Of a stretch of 64,000 bases of DNA, positions 18,206 through 27,879 are shown one piece after another. This DNA comes from a virus: positions 36,093 through 100,092 of IMG/VR virus record IMGVR_UViG_3300030329_001736; one strand, written 5' to 3'. A program made the position numbers and the translations under genes. Below the pieces are notes generated by a model. That model saw only the letters and a list, made by a program, of their open reading frames with translations. It did not search any database and had not been told where the DNA came from. Each line of letters opens with the position of its first letter. Position 1 is the stretch's first letter.

Positions 18206-20203
18206 ATGGACCTGATGAAAAATATTAATAGTCTTTCTATCCCAGAAAAGATTTCTCTTTATAATTGCCTTTATGAAGATTTGTCTGGTAAGGGTATTGA
18301 TGGAGATACTGAACTTGCTCATGTGAATAAGGAGGAAATGGAAGTACTTCGTTCTATGGGCGGATCAGGTACTACTAATCCACACACTAATCTTATTCAG
18401 TTTGGTGGTGGTAGTAAAAGCCCCCCAGCGACACAGACTGTTAAACAGGAAGCTTCTATTCCTCCTGAACTTCGTCCCTTTGTTACGGATATTCTTGAAC
18501 AGGCACAGGCTCTTAACAAGAAAAGAACGTCGGAAGGCTACGTTCCTTTTCAAGGTCCACGATTAGCTGACTTTACTCAAGATCAGCAAGTTGCCTTCCA
18601 AGGTGTAAGAGATACAGTAGGAGCAAGCGATCCTTACTTTACTAGAGCTTCGCAACTAACTGAATCTAGCAGTGCTGCACCTACATCTGAGTCAGTAGGT
18701 GAGCTTATGAATCCTTACATTCAGAATGTACTAGATATTCAGAGGAGAGAAGCAAGAAGAGATGCTGATAGAGTAGGTCAACAGATTGCTGCTAGAGCAG
18801 CCCAGCAAGGAGGTTTTGGAGGAACAAGAGATGCTGTCTTAGCTGCAGAGCATGAAAGAGAAACCCAAAGAAATCTTGATGATATTCAATCAAGAGGATT
18901 AGCCGCTGCATTTGAAGATGCTCAAACCAGATTTGCTCAACAAAGAGAAAGAGAGCGTGCATCAGGGCAGCAGTTTGCTGGTTTAGGTACTAGAATACCA
19001 GAGCAAAGATTGAGAGAACTTAGCGCTCTTGAAAATGTAGGTAGTGTTCATCAAGACAGAGGTCAGCAAGCTCTTGATATTGCCCAGCAAGAATATGAAT
19101 TTGGCAGAACATTTCCTGAGAGAACTTTGCAAGACTACAGTTCTATTATCAGAGGATTTAGTTCACCTGTTCCTGCCTCTCAATTTACAACATCTAGGAC
19201 TACTCCAGCTAGAGCGACCTTTGGTCAAAAGGTTTCGGGTGCAGCAGGTTTAATAGGTGCTGCAGATAGAGCAGGATTTTTTGGGAAGGGTACTAGTATA
19301 AGCTCAACTGGTGGTTTGATTGGTCGTGCCAGTGGTGGTAGGGTAGCAAGGTATAATGACGGTACTGGTGAGTATACTTTAGCAGGACAAACTAAGCAAC
19401 AGATTGAAGACAAATTAAAAATGAGTCCTAGAGAACGTGCTGTTTTACACCAAAATAAGGAGGCTGAAAGACTTGCTAAAATTAAACAAGAAGCAGAGGC
19501 GGCTAGAAAACAAAAATTATCCGCAGGAGAAGCTCCAAAACCCGTTCCGCCACAGGTATCAGAACCATCTTTCCCTCAGTTTTCCCTTCCTGTTCAAACA
19601 ATGGAAGATTACCAAAGACTTTTAGTAAAGCAGGGCGATCTTCAGAAAAGCAGGGCTGCTATGTTAGATGCGAAAAGAAAACTATTACAAAAACAAATAG
19701 CAGATGCTGAAGGTGCGGGTAAAGATGAGTTGTATGCTGGTCTTCTAAGGTATGCTGCTGCTGATCCTGACAAGGGAATACAAGGTCTTTTTGAGGCTTT
19801 CCAAGATTCTCCTGAAAATCTAAAAAAATCACAACAAAGATTAGCCGATCTTCGACTAACAGAAGCTGGTGTAGATTTAGAAGGTGAAGAAGCAGCTATA
19901 GAGGACATAAAGGGACGAATAACTTTAAGCACTGCCATACAGAAAGCTATTGAATCAAGGCAAGTAGGTATGTCTGAAGCTATTCAAATGAAAAAGTTAG
20001 TAGAGTTGGGTATTGATCCTGAAGACCTACAAAAATATAATATTAAAATTTCTCCAGAGAAACTAAAAGTTTACAAACAACTGTGGAATGCAAGGAACAA
20101 TAATCCTATAAAAACTACTGGAGGAAATACCCGTTCTCCTTCAGCAAAAGACGCTGCGAAGGCAATAAATGATCTTGTAGTAACAACGACAACAAAGGGT
20201 TAG
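18206..20203 (+). CDS. Internal virion / DNA ejection protein
   Basis: N-terminal GDTELAHV...NPHT domain followed by FGGGSKS; LMNPYIQNVLD and GGFGGTRDAV motifs; helical and Gln/Ala-rich. Confidence 0.65.
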   Translation: MDLMKNINSLSIPEKISLYNCLYEDLSGKGIDGDTELAHVNKEEMEVLRSMGGSGTTNPHTNLIQFGGGSKSPPATQTVKQEASIPPELRPFVTDILEQAQALNKKRTSEGYVPFQGPRLADFTQDQQVAFQGVRDTVGASDPYFTRASQLTESSSAAPTSESVGELMNPYIQNVLDIQRREARRDADRVGQQIAARAAQQGGFGGTRDAVLAAEHERETQRNLDDIQSRGLAAAFEDAQTRFAQQRERERASGQQFAGLGTRIPEQRLRELSALENVGSVHQDRGQQALDIAQQEYEFGRTFPERTLQDYSSIIRGFSSPVPASQFTTSRTTPARATFGQKVSGAAGLIGAADRAGFFGKGTSISSTGGLIGRASGGRVARYNDGTGEYTLAGQTKQQIEDKLKMSPRERAVLHQNKEAERLAKIKQEAEAARKQKLSAGEAPKPVPPQVSEPSFPQFSLPVQTMEDYQRLLVKQGDLQKSRAAMLDAKRKLLQKQIADAEGAGKDELYAGLLRYAAADPDKGIQGLFEAFQDSPENLKKSQQRLADLRLTEAGVDLEGEEAAIEDIKGRITLSTAIQKAIESRQVGMSEAIQMKKLVELGIDPEDLQKYNIKISPEKLKVYKQLWNARNNNPIKTTGGNTRSPSAKDAAKAINDLVVTTTTKG

Positions 20204-20211
20204 TAGTTGTA

Positions 20212-23200
20212 ATGTCAAGTAAGGCATCCAGAACATATGACGATATGCTACAGGATCAAGCATTAATTGATGCTATGTGGCATACGGATAAAGCTTTGGG
20301 AAATGAGGTAGCTTATGGTGATAACAAAGCTATCCTAGATAATTTCTTGGAAAACTATAGATGGCGTGAGACTAATCTAGGCTCTATTATTAATGCTTCT
20401 AATAGAGTTGAAGATATGGATACTGATCACAGGAAGATGTTTGCCTACACTCTTCAAGAAATAGAGAAACTGCCTAGCGCTTTCTCGGAAGGTGGTGGAA
20501 GCATGTGGGACGCTATTCTAGATTATGGTGGTGCTGCTATTGCTGATCCAACCAACCTTGCATCTCTGGTTGCAGGTGGTTTTACATTTGGTACTGCAGG
20601 GGCGGCTACATTTGCTGCTAAAGAAGCAGCGAAGCAAGCAGCTAAAGCTAGTGTCAAAGCTAAACTTAAAGCATTGGTAGGTAAAGCTGGAGCAGCTTCT
20701 TTAGTTGCAGATGGGTCTATAGCCGCTACAGGCGGTGCTTATCATAATCTAAAAAAACAAGGGATACAAAAAGACTTAGGTCTTATTGATGAAATTGATG
20801 AGTGGGGTGCAGTAACTCAAGGACTAATAGAAGGTGTAGCTAGTCCTGTTGTAGGCATTGGGGCTGGAGCAATTGGTCAGGGAATAGGGACAGCAGCAGG
20901 TAAACTTATTGATAAATCTGAGATAGCTACCCAAGGTAAAGATTTTATATCTCGTTGGCTTATGCCTACTGCAGGTGTATCAGAAATTCAAAGAAGGCTT
21001 ATTGAAAAACCTACTGGTGAGATGCTTCTATTAAAAGAAGATGCGGATATCCTATATAAAAAGCTGAATAAAATTATTTCGGCAGATAAGAATCTTAATT
21101 CAAAAGAAGGTAGAGACTTAATAAACAATGCTCTTGAAGGTGATAAGAATGCTATGGATGTCTTGCGTCAAATGCAAGAGCAAGTAACATATGATAGTGC
21201 TGGTAATAAAGTAGCTAATCCAAATGCAGAACTAGCAGATTTGATAGAAGCAAATAGAGCAAAGATTAAAGAGGCACAAGACTTTGCTGATGAATCTGCT
21301 TTATCCAGAGAGATAAAGGGGTTATTTAATACAGAGAAAGATTATGTAAGAAATATTTATGATGTATATACTCAAAGAAAAAGAAATGTTCCATTCGATA
21401 AGTTTATAAAGGAAAATCCAGAAGTTTTAGGACAACTTAAATGGCAGATCAGAAAAAATCCTAACTCACATTTATGGAATGATTTATCTGAAAAATATAT
21501 AAACCTCAAGACTAAAAAAATAATACCTGAAGAAGCAGGTAATGAAGATGCTGTTGTGAAGGAGATTGCAAAAACTCTTTATGCTCCTACTACTAGACTA
21601 AGAAAAGAATCTGCACCTCTCTTAAAGAAAAGAATCAGAGCGTTAGACCAAGAAAAGATATCTCCATTAGTTCGTAAAATTATGGGTCAGAATAATGATC
21701 CTGCTTTAAGAGCTTTGGAAAGCATAAACGGTTTGATTGAGTCTGCTGCACGAACTAATGCTATCAGAAACATAGCTTATGATTCAGTCAGAAATAATTA
21801 TGGTTATATTTCTAAAGCAAGAAATCTTGAAGAGGCGCGTGCTGAAGCGGTAGCAAAATTAGGACCAGATATAATGCGTTTGGTTGGTACAACTACAGAC
21901 GCTGGAAATAAAAAACTTAAAGATAAAAAAACAGTAACAAGTCTAGATGACGATGTAATTGAAGAAGGTCTGAAGTACACCTTTGTTACTAAGAAAGAAG
22001 GTGAAAAATTAAAGATGCTCCTTGATGAGACAGATATGTATCAAGGAGATAGTTTACTTGCTAGTGCAGGTAGGGCTATTTCTGGTTTACAAGGGTTTAT
22101 GAAGGCAGGTAAAACTCTTTACAATCCTATAGGTGCAGGTAGAAATATTTTAGGCGCTGCTGGATATACGTTAGCTGGTGGTAATGTCAAAGGTATTATA
22201 AATGCTGCTACGAATGCATACGGTAAGATGACTAATAAAGAAAGAGGTCTTCTAGAAGAAGAGTTTATTAATTCTGGTTTGAAGGGGTCAAACATTGATC
22301 TCAACCAAGCAATGAAAAGAATAGGCGATATCTCTAACAGAGAAAATAACCAGAGTTTTTGGACAGACACAAGTTTATCTAACCTTGCTAGATCAGGAGG
22401 TTTATCTTTATTTGGTAAAGGGGGTGCTAAAACAGCAGAAAAAATGAGAGCATTCTACGCTGCTGGTGATGATGTATTTAAGTATGGTACGTTTGTCAAT
22501 GAAAAGGATAAAGCCAAGAAAGTTTTTAACAGTTATTCTAAAGAAAGACAAGACGAAATACTAGATAAATTCCAAAAGGATTTCTTCTTCGATCCAAAGG
22601 TAGCTGACAACTATGGACCTTGGGATGAAAAATATGGGGCAGCAAGAAAAGCTTTAGAGAATGCTTACCTAAAAGAAGAAGCAGCAAGAATTACAGCTAA
22701 TATTACTCCTGTCTATGATCGTATTCCTAAACTCTTAGAGTTAATGAGAGGTGTACCTGTTATCGGTTCGTTTACTGCTTATCCTGCAGAGCGTCTACGC
22801 AATAGATACAACATTATGAAACAAGCTTCTGAAGAAATATCCAGAGGTGCGGCTGAAGGTAACGGTAAGTTAGTTTTAAATGGAGTAAAAAGACTATCAG
22901 GATTTGGTACGATGGTTGGTGGTCTTCATGTAGGAGCGCATCTTTTAAATGAATATAATAATTTTTCTTCAGAAGAGGATGTTTTAAGAAAGAACGCTCC
23001 TGAATATGATAGGAATGGCGCTCTTCTTGTTACGGGTAAAGATAAGAAGGGTAATATAACTTACCATAATTTAAATTACATCCATCCTGACAGTGATATG
23101 CTGGATGCTATAACTCCAATTATGTTGAAAGCATTTAGAGGAGAAGATGTAAGTGAAAATTTAGGTGAAGCTGTAAAGGATTCCTTCTTTGGTTTAATCA

Positions 23201-24018
23201 AACCTTATGTACAACCTAGTTTAGCTTTACAGTTTGCTAGTGACATGTTAGGTTATGTAGAGACAGGTGAAGATTACTTTTTTAAAGAAGCTCTTAAAAC
23301 AATAGAGCCGGGATATGCCAATATTATTAGAGATTTTTCTCACCATGCAGGTGTTATGCCTACAGGAGTAGAAGAAACACTATATCCTAGTAGGTTTGGA
23401 GTTCCCTCTGAGAAGGCTGAAGGTGTAGGAGACTACTTAAATAAAGCTGGATTTGGTACTGTTCCTTTTGTCAAGGAGAAAAAATTTAATCCTAAACTAG
23501 GTTTAGCTTTTGCTCTGAAAAAAATAGCTAGGAATGTATCGGAAGAAAACAGAGACTTTACTAAGGAGATTAAAACTAAATTATTAAATACAAGCAGAAG
23601 TTCTTCTCTTCAAGATATATACGATACAGACTTATCTATACTAAAAAAATATAGCGATCTCCTTCAAGTTAAGCATGAGGAACAGAGAGCTTTGGCTAAA
23701 ATTATAGACAATTTAAAAGGGGTTATGTCCCATAGAGAAATAAAGAATTTTTTGAAGTACCAAGGAAGTTCTGCTAGAACTGGACTATCAGATAAAGTTA
23801 TTAATTCTGTTATGAGAGGTAGAGCTTACGCTTTCGATAAAGGAAGAAACGATTCTTTTTGGAGAGGTATAAATAAATCTTTAGAAGGACAGACAGGTTT
23901 ACTTCAAGGTAGAAGACTCAATCCTTTAAGAAAGAAGATGAAAGAAATAGAATCTTATTACCATAATCTTGATCTTCTCGAAGATGCACCTGAGTTAGAG
24001 TTTAGTCAACCAAAGTAA
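20212..24018 (+). CDS. Large internal virion protein (last gene of the ejection cassette)
   Basis: 1268 aa, helical; ADPTNLAS, GDDVFKY and IGSFTAYPAE motifs. Confidence 0.65.
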   Translation: MSSKASRTYDDMLQDQALIDAMWHTDKALGNEVAYGDNKAILDNFLENYRWRETNLGSIINASNRVEDMDTDHRKMFAYTLQEIEKLPSAFSEGGGSMWDAILDYGGAAIADPTNLASLVAGGFTFGTAGAATFAAKEAAKQAAKASVKAKLKALVGKAGAASLVADGSIAATGGAYHNLKKQGIQKDLGLIDEIDEWGAVTQGLIEGVASPVVGIGAGAIGQGIGTAAGKLIDKSEIATQGKDFISRWLMPTAGVSEIQRRLIEKPTGEMLLLKEDADILYKKLNKIISADKNLNSKEGRDLINNALEGDKNAMDVLRQMQEQVTYDSAGNKVANPNAELADLIEANRAKIKEAQDFADESALSREIKGLFNTEKDYVRNIYDVYTQRKRNVPFDKFIKENPEVLGQLKWQIRKNPNSHLWNDLSEKYINLKTKKIIPEEAGNEDAVVKEIAKTLYAPTTRLRKESAPLLKKRIRALDQEKISPLVRKIMGQNNDPALRALESINGLIESAARTNAIRNIAYDSVRNNYGYISKARNLEEARAEAVAKLGPDIMRLVGTTTDAGNKKLKDKKTVTSLDDDVIEEGLKYTFVTKKEGEKLKMLLDETDMYQGDSLLASAGRAISGLQGFMKAGKTLYNPIGAGRNILGAAGYTLAGGNVKGIINAATNAYGKMTNKERGLLEEEFINSGLKGSNIDLNQAMKRIGDISNRENNQSFWTDTSLSNLARSGGLSLFGKGGAKTAEKMRAFYAAGDDVFKYGTFVNEKDKAKKVFNSYSKERQDEILDKFQKDFFFDPKVADNYGPWDEKYGAARKALENAYLKEEAARITANITPVYDRIPKLLELMRGVPVIGSFTAYPAERLRNRYNIMKQASEEISRGAAEGNGKLVLNGVKRLSGFGTMVGGLHVGAHLLNEYNNFSSEEDVLRKNAPEYDRNGALLVTGKDKKGNITYHNLNYIHPDSDMLDAITPIMLKAFRGEDVSENLGEAVKDSFFGLIKPYVQPSLALQFASDMLGYVETGEDYFFKEALKTIEPGYANIIRDFSHHAGVMPTGVEETLYPSRFGVPSEKAEGVGDYLNKAGFGTVPFVKEKKFNPKLGLAFALKKIARNVSEENRDFTKEIKTKLLNTSRSSSLQDIYDTDLSILKKYSDLLQVKHEEQRALAKIIDNLKGVMSHREIKNFLKYQGSSARTGLSDKVINSVMRGRAYAFDKGRNDSFWRGINKSLEGQTGLLQGRRLNPLRKKMKEIESYYHNLDLLEDAPELEFSQPK

Positions 24019-24034
24019 AGAGTACCAAAACAAA

Positions 24035-24406
24035 ATGGAAATGAACGCTGAATTTTTATTTCAGGTAGGAGCAGTAGTAGCTTCTCTTGCTGGAGCATGG
24101 GGTCTGGTCAGGGCGCAAGTCAATACCTTGAAGTCTACCCAAGAAGAAATGAAGAACTACATAGATGAACTGAATCGAGAGTTAGATAAGGCTGAGAATA
24201 ATGTATCTGTTATGAAGAGTCAGATTAAAATCTTAGCTGATATACTTAGCCCTGCTAATCTAGCTTCAGAGAACAGAAGAAAAGGAGAAACTGCTAGAAG
24301 ATTACAATCATTAGAAGAAGCTGTTGTAGTACTCCAGCACATGCACAACGGAAAGCATCCCCCTGTGGATTATAATGAGCCTAAAAAGACAAAATCCTCT
24401 GAGTGA
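24035..24406 (+). CDS. Membrane-anchored coiled-coil protein (possible holin or lysis accessory)
   Basis: Single N-terminal hydrophobic helix then a coiled coil; last gene of the rightward arm. Confidence 0.45.
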   Translation: MEMNAEFLFQVGAVVASLAGAWGLVRAQVNTLKSTQEEMKNYIDELNRELDKAENNVSVMKSQIKILADILSPANLASENRRKGETARRLQSLEEAVVVLQHMHNGKHPPVDYNEPKKTKSSE

Positions 24407-24431
24407 AGCTGTAAGAGACACACAGAGGATT
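24393..24431. terminator. Hairpin at the convergence of the two transcription arms
   Basis: AATCCTCTG...CAGAGGATT inverted repeat; no clear U-tract. Confidence 0.35.
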
Positions 24432-24505
24432 GATGTTCTTTCTGGTAGGTTGCCCTATAAAACTAAGAGAAGGCTACTCAGGGGCTTTCCTAGCGAGACA
24501 ATTTT

Positions 24506-24982
24506 CTACTGAACCGTAGTAATTTCCTGTTCTTCCTCCTCTTCCTCCTCAATATCCTCTTCTTCCTCATCTTGAAACCATTTACATCCTAAAAATATTT
24601 TGGATGATCTTTCCTCTCCTAAGATTTCAAAATTGTTTATTATGTCTTGCTCTAGTTCAGCGATAGATTTAATAACTTCTTCATCTTTGACTGATCTTAC
24701 TTTGGATAGAACTTCAAGAGCTTTGATTGCGCTGTTGGTGTGACCATTATTCTTGGCGTAGGTATACTGGTTTTCTATTTCAGAGATAACATCAATCTTT
24801 GTCTCTAATTCTTTTTCTAGTTCTTCTATTCTTTCCTTGATGTCTTCTCGTTGTACTAGCCTGTGTCCTTGAGTGTGAGCAGACACGGCAGAATATCCTG
24901 CTGACTTAGCAGACTCCGTGGCATTACGAAGAACAACGTATGCCTGACAAAACTTCTCTTGTTTTAAATTTAATTCTGCCAT
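24506..24982 (-). CDS. terS: Terminase small subunit
   Basis: LNLKQEKFCQAYV..RNATESAKSAGYS...GHRL helix-turn-helix signature. Confidence 0.85.
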   Translation of the reverse strand: MAELNLKQEKFCQAYVVLRNATESAKSAGYSAVSAHTQGHRLVQREDIKERIEELEKELETKIDVISEIENQYTYAKNNGHTNSAIKALEVLSKVRSVKDEEVIKSIAELEQDIINNFEILGEERSSKIFLGCKWFQDEEEEDIEEEEEEEQEITTVQ

Positions 24983-24986
24983 TACT

Positions 24987-25187
24987 CTACCCGCAAAATT
25001 TTTCCCATGTTACATTATGTGATAGTATTTGTTTTGCTGTTATTTCAGTAAGCTTATCCTTGTCTGATATAGATATAGGTTTCGTCCATCCGCATTTAAG
25101 GCTCCCGCCTCCAACGCTTACGCAACCGCTTAGTAACAGTATCAGAAGAAAGCACCCAAATTTCGTTTTCAATTTTATTCCTTTCAT
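24987..25187 (-). CDS. o-spanin (Rz1-like lipoprotein)
   Basis: Lipobox LLLSGC, two further Cys, overlaps the 3' half of the upstream membrane-protein gene in another frame. Confidence 0.75.
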   Translation of the reverse strand: MKGIKLKTKFGCFLLILLLSGCVSVGGGSLKCGWTKPISISDKDKLTEITAKQILSHNVTWEKFCG

Positions 25188-25311
25188 TAGCTTTTTCTAC
25201 TGCATCTTTTAATCCAGCTTTCTGAGCCGCATCACTACCAGCTTTATAGGCAAAGATCAACGGAAGAAACTTAGTAACGAAACCAAACACAGATGAAATA
25301 ATAGATAACAT
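25096..25311 (-). CDS. i-spanin (Rz-like)
   Basis: N-terminal hydrophobic anchor plus helix; overlapped architecture with the lipoprotein gene. Confidence 0.7.
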   Translation of the reverse strand: MLSIISSVFGFVTKFLPLIFAYKAGSDAAQKAGLKDAVEKANERNKIENEIWVLSSDTVTKRLRKRWRREP

Positions 25312-25332
25312 TTTATACTCCTTTAAGAAGGA

Positions 25333-25366
25333 AGGACAGGGACACTAATATGAATGCCCCTGTCTT
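25333..25366 (-). terminator. Hairpin between putative holin and spanins
   Basis: AAGACAGGGGCA...TGTCCCTGTCCT stem followed by a pyrimidine tail on the minus strand. Confidence 0.4.
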
Positions 25367-25375
25367 GTTGGTAAT

Positions 25376-25561
25376 CTACTTGCCTGTCTCTTTAGCCTTT
25401 CCGATAGTAAGGCTCAAGAACTCAAGCACTTTGTAAATCTTTCCCATAACAGAATCAGGAGCAGGTGTTTTCGTACCTGCTACCAGTAGACTAGCGATAG
25501 TAACAATACCTGTTACAGTTGATAGAATAACATCACTATTAGACATAACCATTTCTAGCAT
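25376..25561 (-). CDS. Putative holin
   Basis: 61 aa; hydrophobic helix, TKTPAPD turn, amphipathic helix, basic tail; upstream of the spanins. Confidence 0.6.
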   Translation of the reverse strand: MLEMVMSNSDVILSTVTGIVTIASLLVAGTKTPAPDSVMGKIYKVLEFLSLTIGKAKETGK

Positions 25562-25574
25562 TTAGAATACTCCT

Positions 25575-27878
25575 TTATGCTGCTTCTCTTTCTGGAATCA
25601 AATCCAAGTAATGTACTTTATTGTTTTGCTTGGATGCCTTATATACTTCTGAGATTAATGTGTTCTCTCCGTATATGTTAATATTCATTTCTATTTCAGT
25701 ATTATCAAATAGTCTTTCGCAATCTTGTGCCATAGCTAGTAGTTCTCCGGTAGTCCAGAACTCTACACCATTGGTTTCTACTTTCATATACTTAGGTTTG
25801 TTATCCCTGACTGTTTCCTTTTTCTCTTCCTCTGTAATTTCTCTTGGCATACTACAATCGAAGCCAAACAAATGGAAGTTACGGAAACCATATATGTGCA
25901 TCATACCAATAGATCGCATGGCAGCGCAAGTACCTCCATTAACAAACACTGCATCACTTTGGATATCTAGTTTCTTATCTACCTCTATACTCTCTGTTGA
26001 TTGACCCTTAACTTGTTTAGCTACAGCTTGTGAAAAGGCGTGCCATCCGTAGATGTTATCTGTTTTAGATTTAAGTAATTCAGTAACACTAGGATCAGTC
26101 ATAGAGGCTATAAAGAATTTTGTTGTATCATCTACAGTATCAAACAAAGATGAACGTACTACACCATGAGTGCTTGTGCCTGTTACTGGTCGAGGATCAA
26201 GTATAACACATGCCCACGGCTGTACACAAGCCTCTAGAAGTTTAGGATAACTGTGCTTCACACAGATAATCTTACCATTGGTTTCTTTCTGTACCCTCTT
26301 CACTTCTTCAAAGTCAACTGAAGGGCCAGCAGATACGATGATGGCATGTTCTTCGTGAATGTTACATGTCTTAATGGTATCCCACTTAGAGATTAGTTTT
26401 GCATTCTTATTAATGTTATCCCAGATATATTCTTTTGGTACAGAATCTTTAGGTTGAACAATGATAGGCATCTTAGTTAAATCTGTAGGAATATCAGGAA
26501 GACTATCATCATTAAGAAGAACAGCTAGATGGGTTCTTCCTCCACCCTTCACTCTATCTTGAGAGGGCAGAACAGTTACTCTCTTATTCTTCAGAGATTC
26601 TACAAGACGGTTAGTTCCTAAGTACTCGTCGTCCAAGATGTTTCCATTCTCATCCTTAGAAAAGAAATCATCAAAGACAATACAAGGAATATGCTTTAGA
26701 TTTTCGTAGTCTGACCTTACAGTTTCCTCACTGTGACCACCATCAATGAATGCAAAGGAAGCTTTCTTTAGTTTCTTCTGGGCTTTCTTCAGTGTAACTT
26801 TTGAATCACCTCTGAATAGATTAAAGGTGAACGTCTTACCTTGCTCCTTCATCTTCTTCTTGAAGTCAGACAGTCTCTTTCGTACTGCCTTGGCTTTGTT
26901 GTGTGCCTTAGAGTTTAGTTCTACTACATCTAACTCATCCGTAGCTTCTTCAAATAGATCGAAGCCTACATACCTAACCTTATCGCTCTTCTCAAAAGCA
27001 GCTAGTGACATTTCAATAGCACGACCGCCATTCCATGTACCTACCTCTACAATACTATCAGTAGCATACGCTCTAACAAGGTCTGCTAGTTGCCTGTAGC
27101 GTGGCAGATTAACATCTGGTGCAACAGTATCATCAGATAGCTCACTCTTCAGATTACCTTTGAAGTGTTTCATATACTGGGATACAGGAGAATTAGCAAA
27201 GGCAGACAAGCCCTTGACGTTTGGAGTAAGGTTGTGAACCTTCATGCCATGAGCAATGTAAATCTTTAGAAGACGTTCAAAGATAAAGCCATCATGCCAC
27301 TCTCTGTAAGACACCACCTCACCAATATCATAACACCCTCTCAAGTCTGCAAGAAGATAGTGAGGTGATTGATAATCAAGGTTAAAGCCCACGAAAGAAG
27401 TCTCACTGTAGTCTACATCCTTACGTCCGAGATGTACTAGCTCTGCTTTCTCTGGAAGAAAAGAAAGAACCTTCTCTTCGCTTAGAGGTTTGATAGTTTG
27501 AGTATCTGCATCAAGCCAGATCAACCATCCACCTTTGACTTCTTTCTCGCTTATCTCTAGGGATAGGTCAGTCATAGCATAGACTTTATGACACCACTTA
27601 ATAGCATCCATACGCCAGTTGTAGTCTACCACCCCTCCTTCAGTACCGTCATGTACCTTCATGCTCTCTCTGTAAGATAGCATGTCTTCTACATCATTAA
27701 GATTCCTGTACTCAATTACTTTTGAATAAGGAAACTCAGCTACCAATTCATCAGGACAGTCATGGTAGTAAGCAATAAGTTTAAGGTCGTCTTTCCAATA
27801 CTTAGCCACTGAGTTAAGCATGTTCTCGGCATAGCTTACATAGCCAGCCGCACTAAACGAAGTTACAAATCTGATCAT
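25575..27878 (-). CDS. Triple fusion: GT-A glycosyltransferase + class I SAM methyltransferase + Maf/DUF115-like domain
   Basis: WLIWLDAD (DxD); VEVGTWNGG, GFDLFE, FIDGGHS, VFDDF; IIVSAGPSV, VILDPR, GFRNFHLFGFDCS. Start moved to MIRFVTSF at 27878. Confidence 0.75.
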   Translation of the reverse strand: MIRFVTSFSAAGYVSYAENMLNSVAKYWKDDLKLIAYYHDCPDELVAEFPYSKVIEYRNLNDVEDMLSYRESMKVHDGTEGGVVDYNWRMDAIKWCHKVYAMTDLSLEISEKEVKGGWLIWLDADTQTIKPLSEEKVLSFLPEKAELVHLGRKDVDYSETSFVGFNLDYQSPHYLLADLRGCYDIGEVVSYREWHDGFIFERLLKIYIAHGMKVHNLTPNVKGLSAFANSPVSQYMKHFKGNLKSELSDDTVAPDVNLPRYRQLADLVRAYATDSIVEVGTWNGGRAIEMSLAAFEKSDKVRYVGFDLFEEATDELDVVELNSKAHNKAKAVRKRLSDFKKKMKEQGKTFTFNLFRGDSKVTLKKAQKKLKKASFAFIDGGHSEETVRSDYENLKHIPCIVFDDFFSKDENGNILDDEYLGTNRLVESLKNKRVTVLPSQDRVKGGGRTHLAVLLNDDSLPDIPTDLTKMPIIVQPKDSVPKEYIWDNINKNAKLISKWDTIKTCNIHEEHAIIVSAGPSVDFEEVKRVQKETNGKIICVKHSYPKLLEACVQPWACVILDPRPVTGTSTHGVVRSSLFDTVDDTTKFFIASMTDPSVTELLKSKTDNIYGWHAFSQAVAKQVKGQSTESIEVDKKLDIQSDAVFVNGGTCAAMRSIGMMHIYGFRNFHLFGFDCSMPREITEEEKKETVRDNKPKYMKVETNGVEFWTTGELLAMAQDCERLFDNTEIEMNINIYGENTLISEVYKASKQNNKVHYLDLIPEREAA

Positions 27879-27879
27879 T

